Origin: Caedibacter taeniospiralis
GTDB taxonomy: Bacteria > Pseudomonadota > Gammaproteobacteria > Francisellales > Francisellaceae
Assembly: GCF_002803295.2 (NCBI RefSeq)
Contig: NZ_PGGB02000003.1
Coordinates: 94,053-126,052, forward strand
Direction: 5' to 3'
DNA: 32,000 nucleotides
Shown: piece after piece, positions 30,079 through 32,000 of the stretch
Layout of the letters: every line of letters begins with the position of its first letter
Position numbering within the stretch: the stretch's first letter is position 1
Notes under the pieces: model-generated
The model's database searches: none
The model's input: the letters and a program-made list of their open reading frames with translations, nothing else
Told to the model about the DNA's origin: nothing
Translations under genes and position numbers: made by a program

Positions 30079-30301
30079 TCATAACGCCCCCTGCATGAAA
30101 TCACCGTAATACCTGAAGGCTTGGACAAATAATTCACCCAAGCGTGTCGGTGTGAGTAATCAGTGTCACACTCACACTGACGACCCACACTTAGTAATGG
30201 GCAGAAATATAGTCACCGCCATTTGCTCTTGGTTGGTAATATTTAGGTACGTATCTGGGCTTCCTCAAAGCCAAATAATACTCTGGAGTGATCAAGTTAA
30301 T

Positions 30302-31093
30302 TTACAAAGATCTAGCCCCATGGAGACTGATTTCATGCAATTTTTCCTCCAGCAACACAATATGCTTTTGCACCTCTGGTGAGCGCTTATCCCTTAGCCG
30401 TGGAATATTGAGTGTGTGCTCATATGCTATTTTCCCTGGGTGACTGTCAAATATCACTACGCGATCTGCCATGATGACTGCCTCTTCAACACTGTGAGTT
30501 ACCAGCGCCATTGACTTAGTGGGTATTTGCCTGTTTAACCACAGATTTAATATGTCTGCGCGCAGGGTGTTGGCTGTTGTGATATCCAAGGATGAAAAGG
30601 GTTCATCTAAAAACAAAATTTCAGGCTCAACCATCAGTGCCCGAGCAAAACCAACGCGCTGTTTCATACCGCCTGAGAGCTCTTTAACATAAGCTTTCTC
30701 AAAGCTTTGTAACCCAATCTTCTGGATGAACTCATGTGCTTTAGGTTCACTGATTTTTCTAGAAATTCCCAAGGCATCACTGCCAAATAAAATATTGTCC
30801 ACAACATTTAGCCACGGTAAAAGTGCAAAATTCTGGAAGACCATACTCATATTCTCTAAGGGTTTAGTGACGACTTTATCTTTGTAAAACACATTGCCAT
30901 AGCTGGGTGCCAATAAACCTGATGCAATCCTTAAAAAGCTTGATTTACCCGCACCTGATTTACCTAAAATCGCCACAATTTCATTTTCATGCAGCTTAAA
31001 GTTAATGCGATCAAGCACCCTGAGTGATTGCTTTTTGTCTCTCTTGAAGTAAAGCTCTATATTTTGGCATTCGATTAGTACGTGCTTATTCAT
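30302..31093 (-). CDS. ABC transporter ATP-binding protein (nitrate/sulfonate/taurine type, SsuB/TauB-like)
   Basis: Walker A GKSGAGKSSFL, signature LSGGMKQRVGFARAL, Walker B ILFLDEPFSSLD. Confidence 0.93.
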   Translation of the reverse strand: MNKHVLIECQNIELYFKRDKKQSLRVLDRINFKLHENEIVAILGKSGAGKSSFLRIASGLLAPSYGNVFYKDKVVTKPLENMSMVFQNFALLPWLNVVDNILFGSDALGISRKISEPKAHEFIQKIGLQSFEKAYVKELSGGMKQRVGFARALMVEPEILFLDEPFSSLDITTANTLRADILNLWLNRQIPTKSMALVTHSVEEAVIMADRVVIFDSHPGKIAYEHTLNIPRLRDKRSPEVQKHIVLLEEKLHEISLHGARSL

Positions 31094-31287
31094 GTTTCAA
31101 TCCTCTTTCAAAGCAATAATTCTATATCTAAAAAAAATCAACAACCCCTCACTTTGCAGACCAAGTGAGTAACTCCAGTTACTATGTTTTGTTTTCAAGC
31201 CTTTTCACCAAAATAATCACCCATTCTGTCATTTGCGTTGGGATGTTGAAGTTGGCAAAAAGGCTATGGTCAACCTCGTTAAATTGG

Positions 31288-32000
31288 TTAAATTTTGTAT
31301 TTTGTTTCCGCAAGCTTATAAAGCGGCTTCCAAATAAAGATCACACAAAGTGCCACAAGCACACACATCGCACTGACTGCCAGAGCGGCTTCTGCGACTT
31401 GATTATTGCTTGTTGTTTGTGATACCAGCTCACCAATGCCACTGATTGAAATCGTTTTGCCACCCCAGGTGATAAGTTCTGCGGCAATTGCTGAATTCCA
31501 AGCACCTCCTGCCGCACTGATAATCCCGCATACGATATAAGGAAACACAGCAGGAATAGCAAACTTGAACCACCAGTTGATGCCTCTTAATTTAAAGGCG
31601 CGTGACATCTCAATTAAATCTGACGGTAAGGATGCAGCCCCAGCAACGACATTGAACAACACATACCAGGATGTACCTGTCATAATCAAAGGAATTGCCC
31701 AAATGCTCAAGCTACCGCCACCTAACATTAATAAAATCGCAACAATAGGGAAGAAAATCGGTTGTGGAATTGCTGCCATAATCTGAATAATTGGTTGCAG
31801 CATTTTAGTGCGTTTTGGTGAAATGCCAATCCAAATTCCAAGTGGCGTACAAATTAAAACACTCAAGCTCATGGCAATTGCCACGCGATATGTTGTTTCC
31901 CACATCAATGGCAATAAATAAACCATATTGCCATTGGGAAAGAAATGCCATAGCGAAACACCTGCCCAAAGCGCTAATGAAACGATACCTGAATACCATA
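31288..32000 (-). CDS. ABC transporter permease (SsuC/TauC-like), 5' end beyond the window
   Basis: GTSWYVLFNVVAGAASLPSDLIEMSRAFKLRGINWWFKFAIPAVFPYIVCGIISAAGGAWNSAIAAE EAA-loop; reading frame stays open upstream of 31926 (..WYSGIVSLALWAGVSLWHFFPNGNMVYLLPLMW) to the window edge. Confidence 0.88.
   Translation of the reverse strand, partial: WYSGIVSLALWAGVSLWHFFPNGNMVYLLPLMWETTYRVAIAMSLSVLICTPLGIWIGISPKRTKMLQPIIQIMAAIPQPIFFPIVAILLMLGGGSLSIWAIPLIMTGTSWYVLFNVVAGAASLPSDLIEMSRAFKLRGINWWFKFAIPAVFPYIVCGIISAAGGAWNSAIAAELITWGGKTISISGIGELVSQTTSNNQVAEAALAVSAMCVLVALCVIFIWKPLYKLAETKYKI

Noticed and set aside
31165-31786. Plus-strand ORFs opposite the ABC permease
   Set aside because: Shadow ORFs of a well-supported permease on the minus strand.

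Overview
Mostly housekeeping gammaproteobacterial sequence (the Legionellales/Coxiella-like affinity is only an impression from protein style and was not tested). It contains: cyoABCDE terminal oxidase operon (- strand); a truncated arn-like lipid A/aminoarabinose cluster (ArnE-like, ArnB, ArnC, ArnA C-terminal domain only); rpiA; purH; an S41 protease; a TcdA-like ThiF protein; pssA; ispH; an SlpA/FkpB-like PPIase; a LysM-neighbourhood protein; dprA; smg; tRNA-Asn(GTT); a degenerate IS66 remnant; a fatty acid hydroxylase-like protein; pmbA; a LysO-like exporter; a 2Fe-2S ferredoxin-like protein; and an SsuB/TauB + SsuC/TauC-like ABC pair running off the right edge. The accessory island is about 10.0-15.5 kb. 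It holds (i) a two-piece, apparently frameshifted gene for a repeat-containing, effector-like protein with a 'CCQSIGAEG' domain and tandem 36-aa repeats, and (ii) a decaying type I Wadjet (JetABCD/MksBEFG-like) anti-plasmid locus. In the latter, jetB is intact, jetA is full-length but broken by about three frame changes, and jetC plus the front of jetD have collapsed into a ~0.7 kb chimeric scar that retains only the JetC N-terminus, the JetC Walker-B segment ([22 protein letters not shown]) and the JetD C-terminal toprim-like part. I see no convincing wholly new system. The best leads are the Wadjet relic, the adjacent effector-like gene and two families of dispersed nested palindromic repeats.
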